DNA from: Planctomycetota bacterium
GTDB taxonomy: Bacteria > Planctomycetota > UBA1135 > GCA-002686595
Reading direction: 5' to 3'
NCBI GenBank assembly: GCA_036376275.1
Contig: DASVAP010000014.1
Coordinates: 23,839 to 87,838, forward strand
Length of the DNA: 64,000 nucleotides
Both the position numbers and the translations under genes were made by a program. Of the stretch, positions 36,084 through 45,595 are shown piece by piece. A model generated the notes under the pieces. It was not told the origin of the DNA, searched no databases, and saw only the letters and a program-made list of their open reading frames with translations. How positions within the stretch are numbered: position 1 is the first letter of the stretch; each line of letters begins with the position of its first letter.

Positions 36084-37433
36084 GTGATGCTGGCCGGTCT
36101 TCTCCTCTCTCTCCCCACGCCGACCCTCCCCTCTCCGCAGGCGCAGAGCTCCGGACCCACGGAAGGCGAGCGCATCGCGATCCGCGCCGAGCGCATCATC
36201 CTGCGCCCGGGCGTGGAGCTCACGAAGGGCACGCTGCTGCTCGAGCGCGGCGTCGTCGTGCGCGTCGGCCAGGACCTCTCGATCCCCGAGGGCGTGCGCG
36301 TGGTCGAGGGCGCCGTCGCCTGCGCCGGCTTCGTCGATCCCTGGTCGAGCCTGGGACTCGATCCCGACAGCGTGGGCGACCTCGGGGCCAGCGCGGCGAC
36401 GCGCTCGATCGACGCGCTCGACCCCTGGCTGGTGCCGGCCGAGCGGCGCGAGGCCCTGCTGGCGGGTGTCACCTCCGCGCGCGTGCAGATCGCGCGTGGC
36501 GCCCTGATCGCCGGCATCGGCGCCCTGGTGCAGACCACCGAGCGCAGCGAGCCGAGCGTCGTGCGCGAGGACGCCTGCCTGGCCGGGAGCGTCGGCGTCA
36601 GCCGCGGCGGGCGCACCGGCGACATCTTCGACCGCGCGGGCGAGGTGGACCGCCTGGTCGGCGCGCTGGAGAAGGGCAAGCGCTATCGCGAGTCCCAGGT
36701 CGACTTCAAGAAGGAGCTCGAGACCTGGACCAAGGCCATCGCCGAGAAGCTCGCCGAGCTCGAGAAGGACTTCAAGAAGGCCAAGAAGGACCGCGAGAAG
36801 GACGAGAAGGACGCCAAGGAGAAGGGCAAGGAGTTCAAGGACAAGAAGTACAAGGAGGACAAGAAGCCCCGGCGCCCGCGCTTCGATCCGGACGACGAGG
36901 CCCTGGCGCGCGCGGTCGACGGCGAGCTGCCCCTGGTGGTCGAGGTCCACCGCGCCAGCGAGATCCGCCGCCTCCTGGACCGCACGGCCGGCTTCGATCG
37001 CCTGCGCCTGGTCCTGGCGGGCGCGACCGAGGCCCTGGCCTTCGCCGACGAGCTGGTCGAGCGCCGGATCCCGGTGATCCTGTGGCCCGCGCCGATGGGC
37101 ACCTCGCGCCCGGACGAGTACGAGGGCCACGACCTGGCCCTGGCCGGCGCGCTGGCGCGCGAGGGCGTGCGGGTCCTGATCGGGAGCGGCGGCGGCGGCG
37201 ACGCCCAGGAGCTGCGCTTCCTGGCGGCGCTGGCGGTCGGGCACGGGATGGAGCCGGCGGCGGCACTGGCGGCGATCACCAGCGCACCGGCGGCGGTCTT
37301 CGACGCCGGCGATCGGCTGGGAACGCTCGAGCCAGGCCGCTCGGGCGACGTGCTGGTCTTCGACGGCGATCCGCTGGACACGCGCGCGACCCTGCGCGCC
37401 GTCGTCTCGCGTGGAGAGGTGGTGTTCCCGTGA
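36084..37433 (+). CDS. amidohydrolase-fold protein 1 of array (HxH lost; Lys/Glu-rich insertion)
   Basis: 449 aa. N-terminal sandwich RAERIILRPG...ERGVVVRVG. The HxH position reads AGFVDPWSSLG. Insertion: RYRESQVDFKKELETWTKAIAEKLAELEKDFKKAKKDREKDEKDAKEKGKEFKDKKYKEDKK. C-terminal LGTLEPGRSGDVLVFDGDPL. Confidence 0.8.
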   Translation: MMLAGLLLSLPTPTLPSPQAQSSGPTEGERIAIRAERIILRPGVELTKGTLLLERGVVVRVGQDLSIPEGVRVVEGAVACAGFVDPWSSLGLDPDSVGDLGASAATRSIDALDPWLVPAERREALLAGVTSARVQIARGALIAGIGALVQTTERSEPSVVREDACLAGSVGVSRGGRTGDIFDRAGEVDRLVGALEKGKRYRESQVDFKKELETWTKAIAEKLAELEKDFKKAKKDREKDEKDAKEKGKEFKDKKYKEDKKPRRPRFDPDDEALARAVDGELPLVVEVHRASEIRRLLDRTAGFDRLRLVLAGATEALAFADELVERRIPVILWPAPMGTSRPDEYEGHDLALAGALAREGVRVLIGSGGGGDAQELRFLAALAVGHGMEPAAALAAITSAPAAVFDAGDRLGTLEPGRSGDVLVFDGDPLDTRATLRAVVSRGEVVFP

Positions 37434-38635
37434 GCCTGGCCCTGTTCGTGCTCGCTTTCGCTCCCGGCGAGCCGGTCGCACCGCGCGAGGGCGTGCTGCA
37501 GATCCAGGCGGCCGAGATCTGGACCGCCGGCGGCGAGCGCATCCAGGACGGCCTGCTGCGGATCGAGGACGGTCGCGTGCGCTCGGTCTCGACCGGGAAG
37601 CAATCCGACCCCGCGCTGCCGCTCGTGCGTCATCCGGGCGTCGTCACGGCCGGGCTGATCGGGCTGCGCTCGCAGGCGGGCGTGGGCGGCGAGCTGCAGG
37701 AGGACACGCGCTCGGTCCTGGCGGAGGCGCGCGCAGTGCACGCCTTCGATCCGGCGCATCCGGACGTGGCGCGCGCGCTGGCGGCGGGGATCACCGCGCT
37801 CGAGCTGGCCCCTGCGCCCGGCAACGTGGTCGGCGGGCTGGCCTGCGTGGTCAAGACGTCCGGCGGGCGCGTGCTCACCAGCGAGGCCTCGCTCGCGCTC
37901 TCGCTGACCAGCGCGGCCCTGGGGCGCTCGACCGGGCCGTCCTTCTTCGTGTTCGGCGCGGCCGAGGTGCCGGGCGAGGCCCAGGCGCAGCCGGACGGCG
38001 GGCCCGAGTGGAGCGAGCGCACGCCGCGCGGCAACCGCGAGCCCACCAGCTACGCCGGGGCCCTCGCGCTCCTGCGCCGGAGCTTCGCCGAGGGCCAGGG
38101 GCCGTTCGCGCGCGCGAAGCGCGGCGACCTCGCGGTCACGATCGAGGCCTGGGACCGTCACGAGGTCCTGCGGGCCGTCGAGCTGGCGCGCGAGCTGGGT
38201 CTCGCGGGCGCGGTGCGCGGTGCGCCGCTGGCCGGCGATCCGGCCGTGGTGCAGGCCCTGAAGGAGAGCAAGCTGGGCGTGATCGTCGGCCCGTACTCCG
38301 CGGGCCAGACGCGGGCCTCGCTGGAGAGCGTGAAGACCCTCGCCGCGGCCGGCGTCCCGGTGGCCTTCGCGCTCGGCGATCCCGCGCGCTCGCCCGAGGC
38401 GCTGCGCCTGTCCGCCGCGCGCGCGCTGCGCGCCGGCGCGCCGCCGGCGGCGGTCTGGAAGGCGCTCACCGAGGACGCCGCGAAGCTGGCCGGCGTGGGC
38501 GCCTCGCTCGGGACCCTCGCGGCCGGACGCGAGGCCGATTTCGTCCTGTGGAGCGGCGATCCGCTCGATCTCCAGAGCCGCGTGGTCGCCGTCTACGTCG
38601 ACGGCCAGCGCGCCTGGCCGGCCCCGGGTCACTAG
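37430..38635 (+). CDS. amidohydrolase-fold protein 2 of array (HxH lost)
   Basis: 401 aa from GTG 37430 (GTGA overlap). The HxH position reads AGLIGLRSQAG. C-terminal LGTLAAGREADFVLWSGDPL. Confidence 0.75.
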   Translation: MSLALFVLAFAPGEPVAPREGVLQIQAAEIWTAGGERIQDGLLRIEDGRVRSVSTGKQSDPALPLVRHPGVVTAGLIGLRSQAGVGGELQEDTRSVLAEARAVHAFDPAHPDVARALAAGITALELAPAPGNVVGGLACVVKTSGGRVLTSEASLALSLTSAALGRSTGPSFFVFGAAEVPGEAQAQPDGGPEWSERTPRGNREPTSYAGALALLRRSFAEGQGPFARAKRGDLAVTIEAWDRHEVLRAVELARELGLAGAVRGAPLAGDPAVVQALKESKLGVIVGPYSAGQTRASLESVKTLAAAGVPVAFALGDPARSPEALRLSAARALRAGAPPAAVWKALTEDAAKLAGVGASLGTLAAGREADFVLWSGDPLDLQSRVVAVYVDGQRAWPAPGH

Positions 38636-38640
38636 CTGCC

Positions 38641-39837
38641 ATGCTGCTCCTCATCGCTCCGCTCCTCGCCGCGCTCCCGCCGGGCGACGACGACTGGACC
38701 ATCCAGGCCGCCACGGTCCACACCGTCTCCGGCGCGCCGATCGAGAACGGCTTCGTGCGCGTGCAGGGCGGCAAGATCGCCGCCGTCGGCAAGGGCGGCG
38801 GAGGCGCCACGCTCGAGTGCGCGGCGGTGACGCCCGGCCTGATCGACCTCGCGCTCGGGATCGACACGGGGCCGCTCTCGGTCGAGCAGTCGAGCGAGAC
38901 CGCCGCGCGCCTGAGCGCGAGCGACGGCCTCGACCTCTTCTCCTACCGCTGGGAGCGCGCGCTGCGCAGCGGCATCACGACCGCGCTGGCCCAGCCGGCC
39001 GACTACGACGTGATCGGGGGTCTCGGGCTCGTGCTCAAGACCGGCGGAGCCCCGACGCTCGCCGCGCGCCTGGTGAAGCCCGAGGCCTGCCTGCGCGGCG
39101 CGATCGGGGCCCAGCCGAGCAACGGCAACGCGATCCCGCGCTTCCAGGAGCCGCAGACCTTCTACTTCCGCCGCCCGACGACGCGCATGGGCGTCGAGTG
39201 GGTCTTCCGCAAGGCCTTCCACGACACGCTGCAGGGTCAGGGCGAGGACGATCCGGCCACGGCCGCCGACCACGCCGTGCTGCGCCGCGTCCTGGCGGGC
39301 GAGCTGCCGCTCGTCGTGCAGGCCAAGGCGACGCAGGACGTGCGCACGGCGATCTACCTCAAGGAGGAGTTCGGCATCCCGCGCCTGGTCCTCGACCACG
39401 CGATCGAGGCCTGGCGCGAGCCGGAGCTGCTGAAGCGCTCGGGCGTGGCCGTCATCCTGCCGCCCTTCACGGCCGACGGCCGGCACGCGGACGGGTTCGT
39501 GAACGACAGCTACTTCCTGCCGCTCGATGCGGCCCGGAAGCTGCACGAGTGGGGCGTGCCCTTCGCGCTCTCGGCCCACGAGGGCGCCGGCGCCGGCGCG
39601 CGCCTGGCGGACCAGGCGGCGGCCGCGCAGCGTGGCGGGCTCCCGCTCGCGGCCGCGCTCGAGGCCGTGACCCTGACCCCGGCGCGCCTGCTGGGCGTCG
39701 AGGCGCGCGTCGGCTCGCTGGAGGCCGGCAAGGACGCCGACCTCGTGCTGTGGAACGGTCCGCCGCTCCAGCCGACCTCGCGCATCATCGGCGTGCTGCT
39801 CCAGGGCCGCCTCGTGCTCGATCCCCGCTCGAAGTGA
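38641..39837 (+). CDS. amidohydrolase-fold protein 3 of array (HxH lost)
   Basis: 398 aa. Hydrophobic N-terminus MLLLIAPLLAAL. The HxH position reads PGLIDLALGID. C-terminal VGSLEAGKDADLVLWNGPPL. Confidence 0.8.
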   Translation: MLLLIAPLLAALPPGDDDWTIQAATVHTVSGAPIENGFVRVQGGKIAAVGKGGGGATLECAAVTPGLIDLALGIDTGPLSVEQSSETAARLSASDGLDLFSYRWERALRSGITTALAQPADYDVIGGLGLVLKTGGAPTLAARLVKPEACLRGAIGAQPSNGNAIPRFQEPQTFYFRRPTTRMGVEWVFRKAFHDTLQGQGEDDPATAADHAVLRRVLAGELPLVVQAKATQDVRTAIYLKEEFGIPRLVLDHAIEAWREPELLKRSGVAVILPPFTADGRHADGFVNDSYFLPLDAARKLHEWGVPFALSAHEGAGAGARLADQAAAAQRGGLPLAAALEAVTLTPARLLGVEARVGSLEAGKDADLVLWNGPPLQPTSRIIGVLLQGRLVLDPRSK

Positions 39838-39856
39838 GGCCGCGCCTCTCCAACGG

Positions 39857-41353
39857 ATGAACATGAAACGACTGCTCGCACCCGCGCTCCTCCTGGCCGC
39901 CCTCCTGGCCGCGCCGCTCCCGGCCCAGCAGGGCGGCAGGCTCGTGATCGAGGCCGGCCGCATCGTGACCCAGGCCGGGCCCGACATCGAGAACGGCCGC
40001 ATCGTGATCGACGGTGGCCGCATCACGGCCGTGGGCAAGGCCGAGGAGGTCGAGAAGCCCTGGGACGCGACCGTGATCGGCGGCAAGGCCTTCGTCGCCT
40101 TCCCCGGCTTCGTCGAGGCGCACACCTCGCAGGGCATGGATCGCGCCAACGAGAACATCGACGTCGCGCCGTTCCTCGACATCCGCGACTCGATCGACCC
40201 GGTGGCCTACTTCTTCGAGGACTGCCTGCGCCAGGGGATCACCACGATCAACGTGCAGCAGGGCGCCAACTGCGTCGTGGGCGGACGCGGCATGGTCGTG
40301 CGGCCGATCGGGATGACGGTCGAGGAGATGGCGATGCGTCCGCTGTTCGGGCTGAAGCTCTCGACCCGTCCCAAGGGCGGCAAGTCGCGCGCGACGCAGA
40401 TGCAGGCGCTGCGCTTCGCCTTCGAGGACCTGAGGCTGTACCTCGAGGGCCTGGTCGAGAAGGAGCGCGACGACGCCGGCTACGCCAAGCGCGAGGCGCT
40501 CTTCCAGGGCCGTGACCTGGAGGCCGAGGCCGCCCAGGGCCGGGCGATGGGCGGCACCGCCTGGAAGGTCGACGGACTCGAGCTGGTGCCGCGCGGGGCC
40601 CTGGACGAGCGCTACGCGCCGCTGCTCGAGCTGCTCGAGGGCCGCTACACCGCCTTCGTGCACTGCGGCGATCCGCTCGACGTCGTGCACGCGCTCGAGG
40701 TCGTGCGCGCCCAGGGGATCCTGGCCCGGACCGTGCTCGTGATCGAGCAGGACTGCTGGAAGGCCGCCGACCGCATCGCCGAGGCCGGCGTGCCGGTGAT
40801 CCTCGAGGGCGCGCTGCTCGACGTGCAGCGCGACCCGATCACGGGCGAGGAGGTCGAGACCTTCGTGCCCAAGGTCCTGCAGGAGAAGGGCATCCGCTTC
40901 GCGCTCTCCTCCGAGGACCCCAACACGCGCGCGCCGGCCTACCAGGCGGCCCTGGCGATCGCGCACGGGATGGAGCGCACGGCCGCGCTCGACGCCGTGA
41001 CCCGCGTGCCGGCCGAGATCCTGGGTCTGGGCGACGAGGTCGGCTCGCTCGAGCGCGGCAAGCTCGGCAACGTCCTGCTCTGCTCGGGCGACCCGCTCTC
41101 GGTCACCACCTGGGTCGAGCACGTCGTGATCGAGGGCCGGCTGGTCTACGAGCGCGCCAAGGACGTGCGCAACAAGCACCTGCTCGAGGGCGTGCAGCCG
41201 CTCGGCACGGCGCCGCCGACCTCGGCCGAGGCCGGCGAGGACCCCGAGCACGAGCACGAGAAGGCCGACGAGGACGCGGGCGCCGAGAAGGACGCCGGCG
41301 ACGAGCAGAAGGGCAAGGACGAGGACAAGGAGAAGGAGGACGGCGGACGATGA
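39857..41353 (+). CDS. amidohydrolase-fold protein 4 of array (HxH lost; acidic/Lys C-terminal tail)
   Basis: 498 aa. Signal peptide MNMKRLLAPALLLAALLAAPLPAQQ. The HxH position reads PGFVEAHTSQG. C-terminal VGSLERGKLGNVLLCSGDPL. The tail is EDPEHEHEKADEDAGAEKDAGDEQKGKDEDKEKEDGG. Confidence 0.8.
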   Translation: MNMKRLLAPALLLAALLAAPLPAQQGGRLVIEAGRIVTQAGPDIENGRIVIDGGRITAVGKAEEVEKPWDATVIGGKAFVAFPGFVEAHTSQGMDRANENIDVAPFLDIRDSIDPVAYFFEDCLRQGITTINVQQGANCVVGGRGMVVRPIGMTVEEMAMRPLFGLKLSTRPKGGKSRATQMQALRFAFEDLRLYLEGLVEKERDDAGYAKREALFQGRDLEAEAAQGRAMGGTAWKVDGLELVPRGALDERYAPLLELLEGRYTAFVHCGDPLDVVHALEVVRAQGILARTVLVIEQDCWKAADRIAEAGVPVILEGALLDVQRDPITGEEVETFVPKVLQEKGIRFALSSEDPNTRAPAYQAALAIAHGMERTAALDAVTRVPAEILGLGDEVGSLERGKLGNVLLCSGDPLSVTTWVEHVVIEGRLVYERAKDVRNKHLLEGVQPLGTAPPTSAEAGEDPEHEHEKADEDAGAEKDAGDEQKGKDEDKEKEDGGR

Positions 41354-44307
41354 GCGCTCGCCTGCTCGGCCTCGCGCTCGTCGCCGCGCCGCTCGGCCTC
41401 CTCGCGCCGCGCGCCGGGGACGGCCCGCCCGCGCCGGCCGGCCGCGGCTTCGTCGCCGTGCGCGCCGGCACGATCCACCTGGTCGAGGACGGGCGCGTGC
41501 TCTCCGGGGCGACGATCCTGGTGAAGGACGGCAAGATCCAGGCGGTCGGCGCCGACGTGGCGCTGCCGCCGGACGCGCTCGTCGTCGACTACGGACCCGA
41601 TGCGGTGATCGTGCCGGGGCTGGTGGCGGCCTACAGCTCCTACGCCCTCGGGTTCCCGAGCGAGCGCACGGCCGATCCGACCCTCTCGGCCCTGGACGCC
41701 TTCGACACCTACCGCGTCAACGGCGACGCGCTCTCCGGCGGCGTCACCAGCGCCTACCTCACGCCGGCCGACAACCGCCTGATCGCCGGCACGGCCGCGG
41801 TCGTCAAGCTGGCCGGTCAGCGTGACGCGGCGCGCGTGCTCAGCGCGGAGGCCGCGCTGCACGGCGCGATCGACGCCAGCGCGCGTTCCACGCCGGGCTA
41901 CTGGGACCCGCCCATCCCGGTCATGGTCGACGTCGAGCTCGGCTACGCGCGCCCGCAGCTCCCGCGCACGACCATGGGCGCGATCGTGGCCCTGGGCGAG
42001 CTGCTCGACCTCGCCGGCGATCCGGACGACGCGCGCCTGGTGAGCGAGTACGGGCCCCGCACCGGCCTCGCCCTGGCCCGCGCGCTGGCAGCCAAGGTCC
42101 CGCTGCGCCTGGCGGCCTCGGACGCGGAGGAGATCCGCGCCCTGCTCGCCTTCGCGGCCGAGCGGCGCGTGCCGCTCGTGCTCGACCGCGCCGAGGGCGC
42201 CGGAGCCGTGGCGGACGAGATCGCCGCGGCCGGCGTGCCCGTGGTCTACCGCCTGCCCTGGGTCCCGAACGCTCCGGCCGTCGACCGCGGCAAGGAGGAG
42301 GACGCGCGCTGGCCCACGCTCGACGTTCCGGCCCGGCTCGTGAAGGCCGGCGCGCGCGTGGCGATCACCGGCAGCTCCCCGCGCGACCTCTTGTTCGCGG
42401 CGCGCCTGGCCTCGCGCGGCGGGCTCGAGCCGGCCGCGGCCCTGCGCGCGATCACGCTGGCGCCGGCCGAGATCCTGGGCGTGGCCCAGCGCGTCGGCAG
42501 CCTGCGCGCCGGCAAGGACGCCGACCTGTGCGTCCTGAACGGCGACCCCCTGGCGTCCAGCACGAGCGTGCTGGCGACCTGGGTCGACGGCGAGGTGGCC
42601 TGGACGCCCGACCGGCACGCCCGCGAGGACGCGCGCGGCTCGCGCGCCACCGTGATCGAGGTCGAGGAGCTGCACGTCGGTGACGGTGAGGTGCTGCGCC
42701 CGGGGCAGCTCCTGATCCAGGACGGGCGCATCCGCGAGGTCGGCGCGCGCGTCTCGCACCCGCGCGGCGCCACCGTCGTGCGCGGCAAGACCTGCATGCC
42801 GGGGATGATCGACGCCTTCGGCCACCTGGGCCTGGAGGGCTCGCGCAAGGTGCCGGGAACCGACTTCACCCTGGCCACGATCCTCGACCCGGGCGATGCG
42901 CTCGACCGCCGCGTCGCCCGGCAGGGCATCACGACCGTCGTGCTCACCCCGCGCTCGGCCAGCGACAGCGGGGCCCCGGTCGCGGCCTACAAGCCCGCGG
43001 CGCGCGAGCTCGAGCACCTGATGGTCGCCGACCCGGCCGCCCTGCGCCTGCGCTGGGACGACCCCGTGCGCCTGCGCTCCGGCCAGAACGTGCGCGGCCT
43101 GCTCGCCAAGGCCCGCGACTACCGCCAGAAGTGGCTCGAGTACGAGCAGGCCATGGCCAAGTGGGTCCCGCCGGCCGAGCCGGCCGCCGAGCCCGAGAAG
43201 AAGGAGGACGAGAAGGCCGCCGACGCGAAGGAAGGCCAGACCTCCGAGGCCAAGGAGGAGAAGAAGGAGGAGTCCGACAAGAAGGAGGACAAGAAGGACG
43301 AGAAGAAGGACTCCAGGTCGAAGAAGAAGAAGGGCGAGCCCGAGGAGCTCGAGCCCGATCCGATCACCGGCCTGTGGCAGGCCGACCTGCCCCAGCCGGA
43401 GCCGGCCGCGCCGGCCAAGCTCAAGCTGCGCGCGAAGCTCGCCAGGGCCGGCGAGAGCGCAGCGGTCGAGGGCAACCTGCGCTGCGACGCGCTCTCGGCC
43501 ACGCTGATCGAGTTCGAGGGCTGGTTCGATCGCGAGGCGCGCACGCTGACGCTGAGCGGGGTCGGCAGCCGCGGCTGGGTCGAGCTCACGGGCGAGCTGA
43601 AGGAGGGCAAGCTCGCGGTCAAGGCGCGCGTCGACGGCAAGGAGCACGAGGCGACGCTCGAGCGCACCTCGAAGGAATACGTCGTCGCCGGACGCAGCGA
43701 GCGCGGCACAGAGAAGAGCGAGACCCCCAAGGAGCCCAAGGGCAAGCCCAGGGAACCCAAGCTCGACGGCAAGCTCGAGCCCCTGCGGCGCGCGATGGAC
43801 GGCACGGCGGCCCTGGTGGTCGAGGTCGAGCGCGCGCGCGACATCCTCGATTGCGTGGCGGCCTGCAACGAGGCCGGCATCCGCCCGGTGCTGTACGGCG
43901 CGCGCGAGGCGCACCTCGTGCTCGAGCAGATCGCCGGCAAGGTCGCGGGCGTCCTGCCCGCCTCCACGGTGGTCGTGGCCGAGGCCGAGCGCGGCACCGA
44001 CTACCGTGTGCCCTACGCCGAGCTGCAGAACGCCGGCATCCGCGTGGCCTTCCCGTCGGAGGCCGAGGAGGGCGCGATCGACCTGCCGCTGCGCGCGGCC
44101 TACGCGGTCGCGAACGGCATGAGCCCGGAGGGCGCCCTGCGCGCGCTGACGGCCGACGCCGCGGCCATGCTGGCGATCGACGGACGGGTCGGGCGCCTGG
44201 CCCCCGGGCTCGACGCCGACGTGCTGCTGCTGGACGGACCGCCGCTGGACCCCGCCACGAGCGTGCTGCGCGCGTGGGTGGCCGGCGAGGAAGTGGAGGC
44301 CCACTGA
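41350..44307 (+). CDS. double amidohydrolase-fold protein 5 of array (two tandem domains, both HxH lost; Lys/Glu-rich linker plus extra module in second domain)
   Basis: 985 aa with an ATGA overlap. Domain a has PGLVAAYSSYALG and ends VGSLRAGKDADLCVLNGDPL. Domain b has PGMIDAFGHLGLEG and ends VGRLAPGLDADVLLLDGPPL. The insertion reads DYRQKWLEYEQAMAKW...EPEKKEDEKAADAKEGQTSEAKEEKKEESDKKEDKKDEKKDSRSKKKKGEPEE. Confidence 0.8.
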   Translation: MSARLLGLALVAAPLGLLAPRAGDGPPAPAGRGFVAVRAGTIHLVEDGRVLSGATILVKDGKIQAVGADVALPPDALVVDYGPDAVIVPGLVAAYSSYALGFPSERTADPTLSALDAFDTYRVNGDALSGGVTSAYLTPADNRLIAGTAAVVKLAGQRDAARVLSAEAALHGAIDASARSTPGYWDPPIPVMVDVELGYARPQLPRTTMGAIVALGELLDLAGDPDDARLVSEYGPRTGLALARALAAKVPLRLAASDAEEIRALLAFAAERRVPLVLDRAEGAGAVADEIAAAGVPVVYRLPWVPNAPAVDRGKEEDARWPTLDVPARLVKAGARVAITGSSPRDLLFAARLASRGGLEPAAALRAITLAPAEILGVAQRVGSLRAGKDADLCVLNGDPLASSTSVLATWVDGEVAWTPDRHAREDARGSRATVIEVEELHVGDGEVLRPGQLLIQDGRIREVGARVSHPRGATVVRGKTCMPGMIDAFGHLGLEGSRKVPGTDFTLATILDPGDALDRRVARQGITTVVLTPRSASDSGAPVAAYKPAARELEHLMVADPAALRLRWDDPVRLRSGQNVRGLLAKARDYRQKWLEYEQAMAKWVPPAEPAAEPEKKEDEKAADAKEGQTSEAKEEKKEESDKKEDKKDEKKDSRSKKKKGEPEELEPDPITGLWQADLPQPEPAAPAKLKLRAKLARAGESAAVEGNLRCDALSATLIEFEGWFDREARTLTLSGVGSRGWVELTGELKEGKLAVKARVDGKEHEATLERTSKEYVVAGRSERGTEKSETPKEPKGKPREPKLDGKLEPLRRAMDGTAALVVEVERARDILDCVAACNEAGIRPVLYGAREAHLVLEQIAGKVAGVLPASTVVVAEAERGTDYRVPYAELQNAGIRVAFPSEAEEGAIDLPLRAAYAVANGMSPEGALRALTADAAAMLAIDGRVGRLAPGLDADVLLLDGPPLDPATSVLRAWVAGEEVEAH

Positions 44308-45587
44308 TGCTCTTCGCGCTCGTGCTCGCGCTGGCCGGCTCCGACCCGCCCGATCCCGGCGCTCCGGGCGGCTCCGGGCTGGCCCTGCTGGCCGCCAAGG
44401 TCCTGGCCGTGCCCTACCAGGGCCCGCAGGTGATCGATCGCGCCGTCGTGCTGATCAAGGACGGCAAGATCCAGGCGCTGGGCGAGCGCGAGACGCTCGC
44501 GATCCCGGCCGGCTACGCGGTCGAGGACCTGGGCGAGGCCTGGCTGACGCCGGGCTTCATCGACCTGCACTGCCACGCGGCCGGGGCCAACCTCTTCGCG
44601 GGCGTGAACGACCTGAACGACATGGTCTACCTCACGAACCCCGGGCTGCGCGCCTCGTCGGCGGTCGAGCCGTGGGTGTGGGAGATGCGCCAGGCGATCG
44701 CCGGCGGCGTCACGACCGTGCTCTACATCCCCGGTTCGGGCACGAACATCGGCGGCCAGGGCGTGCTCGTCAAGACGGCCTTCAACCACTACGAGGAGAA
44801 CCTCGTGCGCGATCCGGGCTCGATGAAGCTCGCGCAGTGGGGCAACCCCGAGGGCTGGGGTCCGGGCATCGGCATGGCCTTCGAGAACTGGAACACGCGC
44901 ACCGTGATCCAGCGCGGCGTGGCCTACGCCGAGCGCTGGCAGGCCCACGAGGAGAAGAAGGGCGCGAAGCCGCTGCGCAACATCGAGCTCGACGGCTTCC
45001 GCGACCTGGTGGCGGGCGAGATGGCCTTCTCGGTGCACACGCAGGTCTACCAGGTCGTCTTGATGACGATCACGATGCTGGCGGGCGAGTTCGGCCTGCC
45101 GGTCTTCACCGACCACTCCGAGGTCGGCGGCTGGCTGGCCGCGCCGGAGGCCAAGAAGCACGGCGTCCCGGCCATCATCGGCCCACGCAACGTCGACCAC
45201 GTCTACGCGCGCGGCTTCATCTCCTGGGCCCGCAACAAGCACGAGGGCACGCGCGGCCTGGCCGCCGGCTGGCAGTCGCTCGGCCAGGAGGACATCGGCT
45301 TCAACACCGACTCGCCCTTCGTGCCGGAGGAGGAGCTCTTCGTGCAGGCCACCATGGGCGTGCGCTACGGCCTGGACGACTCGAACCTCTCCTCGCTGCG
45401 CGGGCTGACGATCGTCCCCGCGCGCGCGGCCAGGATCGACGCCCAGGTCGGCTCGCTCGAGCCCGGCAAGGACGCGGACATCCTGGTGTGCGACGGCTAC
45501 CCGGTCGACCCGCGCACGACCGTGCGGCTGGTCTTCGTCGACGGCCGCCGGGCCTACGACGCCGAGCGCGACGGGCGCCGCTGGTAG
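44307..45587 (+). CDS. amidohydrolase 6 of array, catalytic residues intact
   Basis: 426 aa. Motifs: PGFIDLHCHAAG (HxH), SVHTQ, TDHSEV, IGFNTDSPFVP (beta-8 Asp). C-terminal VGSLEPGKDADILVCDGYPV. Confidence 0.85.
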   Translation: MLFALVLALAGSDPPDPGAPGGSGLALLAAKVLAVPYQGPQVIDRAVVLIKDGKIQALGERETLAIPAGYAVEDLGEAWLTPGFIDLHCHAAGANLFAGVNDLNDMVYLTNPGLRASSAVEPWVWEMRQAIAGGVTTVLYIPGSGTNIGGQGVLVKTAFNHYEENLVRDPGSMKLAQWGNPEGWGPGIGMAFENWNTRTVIQRGVAYAERWQAHEEKKGAKPLRNIELDGFRDLVAGEMAFSVHTQVYQVVLMTITMLAGEFGLPVFTDHSEVGGWLAAPEAKKHGVPAIIGPRNVDHVYARGFISWARNKHEGTRGLAAGWQSLGQEDIGFNTDSPFVPEEELFVQATMGVRYGLDDSNLSSLRGLTIVPARAARIDAQVGSLEPGKDADILVCDGYPVDPRTTVRLVFVDGRRAYDAERDGRRW

Positions 45588-45595
45588 GAACCGCC

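Noticed and set aside
41146-44304. 1052-aa minus-strand ORF opposite array gene 5
   Set aside because: It mirrors the + strand gene, which carries the family N- and C-terminal signatures twice. The antisense translation is Arg/Gly/Ala/Leu filler, including poly-Leu opposite the Lys/Glu region.
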